A stretch of DNA of 62,645 nucleotides, counting the filler, from Catajapyx aquilonaris (taxonomy: Eukaryota), in the NCBI GenBank assembly GCA_000934665.2. It is 4 parts of 4 records of this genome, joined end to end, with 100 filler letters (N's around TTAATTAATTAA, not from the genome) between each part and the next. Parts side by side here need not be neighbours in the genome. Positions count along the whole stretch, not along the records: positions 47,073 to 62,645 come from JYFJ02007457.1; 3 more parts are not named here. The stretch is one strand, 5' to 3'. The notes below the pieces were generated by a model, which was given only the letters and a program-made list of their open reading frames with translations, was not told the origin of the DNA and did no database searches. Of this stretch, positions 62,394 through 62,645 are shown in pieces. Each line of letters begins with the position of its first letter. Position 1 is the stretch's first letter. The position numbers and the translations under genes are program-made.

Positions 62394-62645
62394 AATTAGA
62401 TCAAAAACTTTCCCTTCGGTAAAAAAAAAAAAAAGAAGTAAGACCTCCGCGGCGGAATGAAGGTACTGAAACAAGGCAGGCGCACGTAAGACCTTCACCA
62501 ATTGATTTAAGCTGTACCATAGGTCTTACTCAAGCAATTTCCAATTCGCTGCTCATCGTGAAGTCTCCTTTCTGAAACAAATCTGTGGAATTTCTGTCGT
62601 ACTACTAGTTACTTCTAACTTAGCAGTACCAGTGTAGTGCAATGG
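62394..62645. mobile_element. Terminus of another copy of the 21506-23665 TIR family
   Basis: Near-identical reverse complement of ~23421-23666. Confidence 0.85.

Overview
Animal (most likely non-insect arthropod) genomic DNA, dense in transposons, with many 50-75 nt introns. It is four ~15.6 kb pieces (1-15589, 15690-31299, 31400-46972, 47073-62645) joined by artificial N44-TTAATTAATTAA-N44 linkers, so adjacency across linkers is unsupported. Host genes reconstructed by eye from splice sites and remembered family motifs: a complete gustatory receptor, LONRF-like 5' exons, complete myo-inositol oxygenase, a CCDC166/DUF4515-like coiled-coil gene head-to-head with a 5-finger C2H2 gene, the 3' part of a DUOXA-like gene plus a decayed duplicate exon, the last exon of THOC7, and two cystatin-like genes (one multi-domain). 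Mobile DNA includes Tc1-like, Merlin, Helitron, hAT, piggyBac and pogo-like elements, many MITEs and three tRNA-derived SINE families. I cannot demonstrate a new biological system. The best leads are: (i) an intron-containing Merlin transposase preceded in frame by an unknown ~230-codon region, with all five in-frame stops being TAG and two RFX X-box motifs upstream; (ii) five perfect TTACGTAA (D-box) sites clustered at the LONRF 5' end; (iii) a V-domain SINE and a 3' stem-loop shared by different SINE families. No database searches were run.
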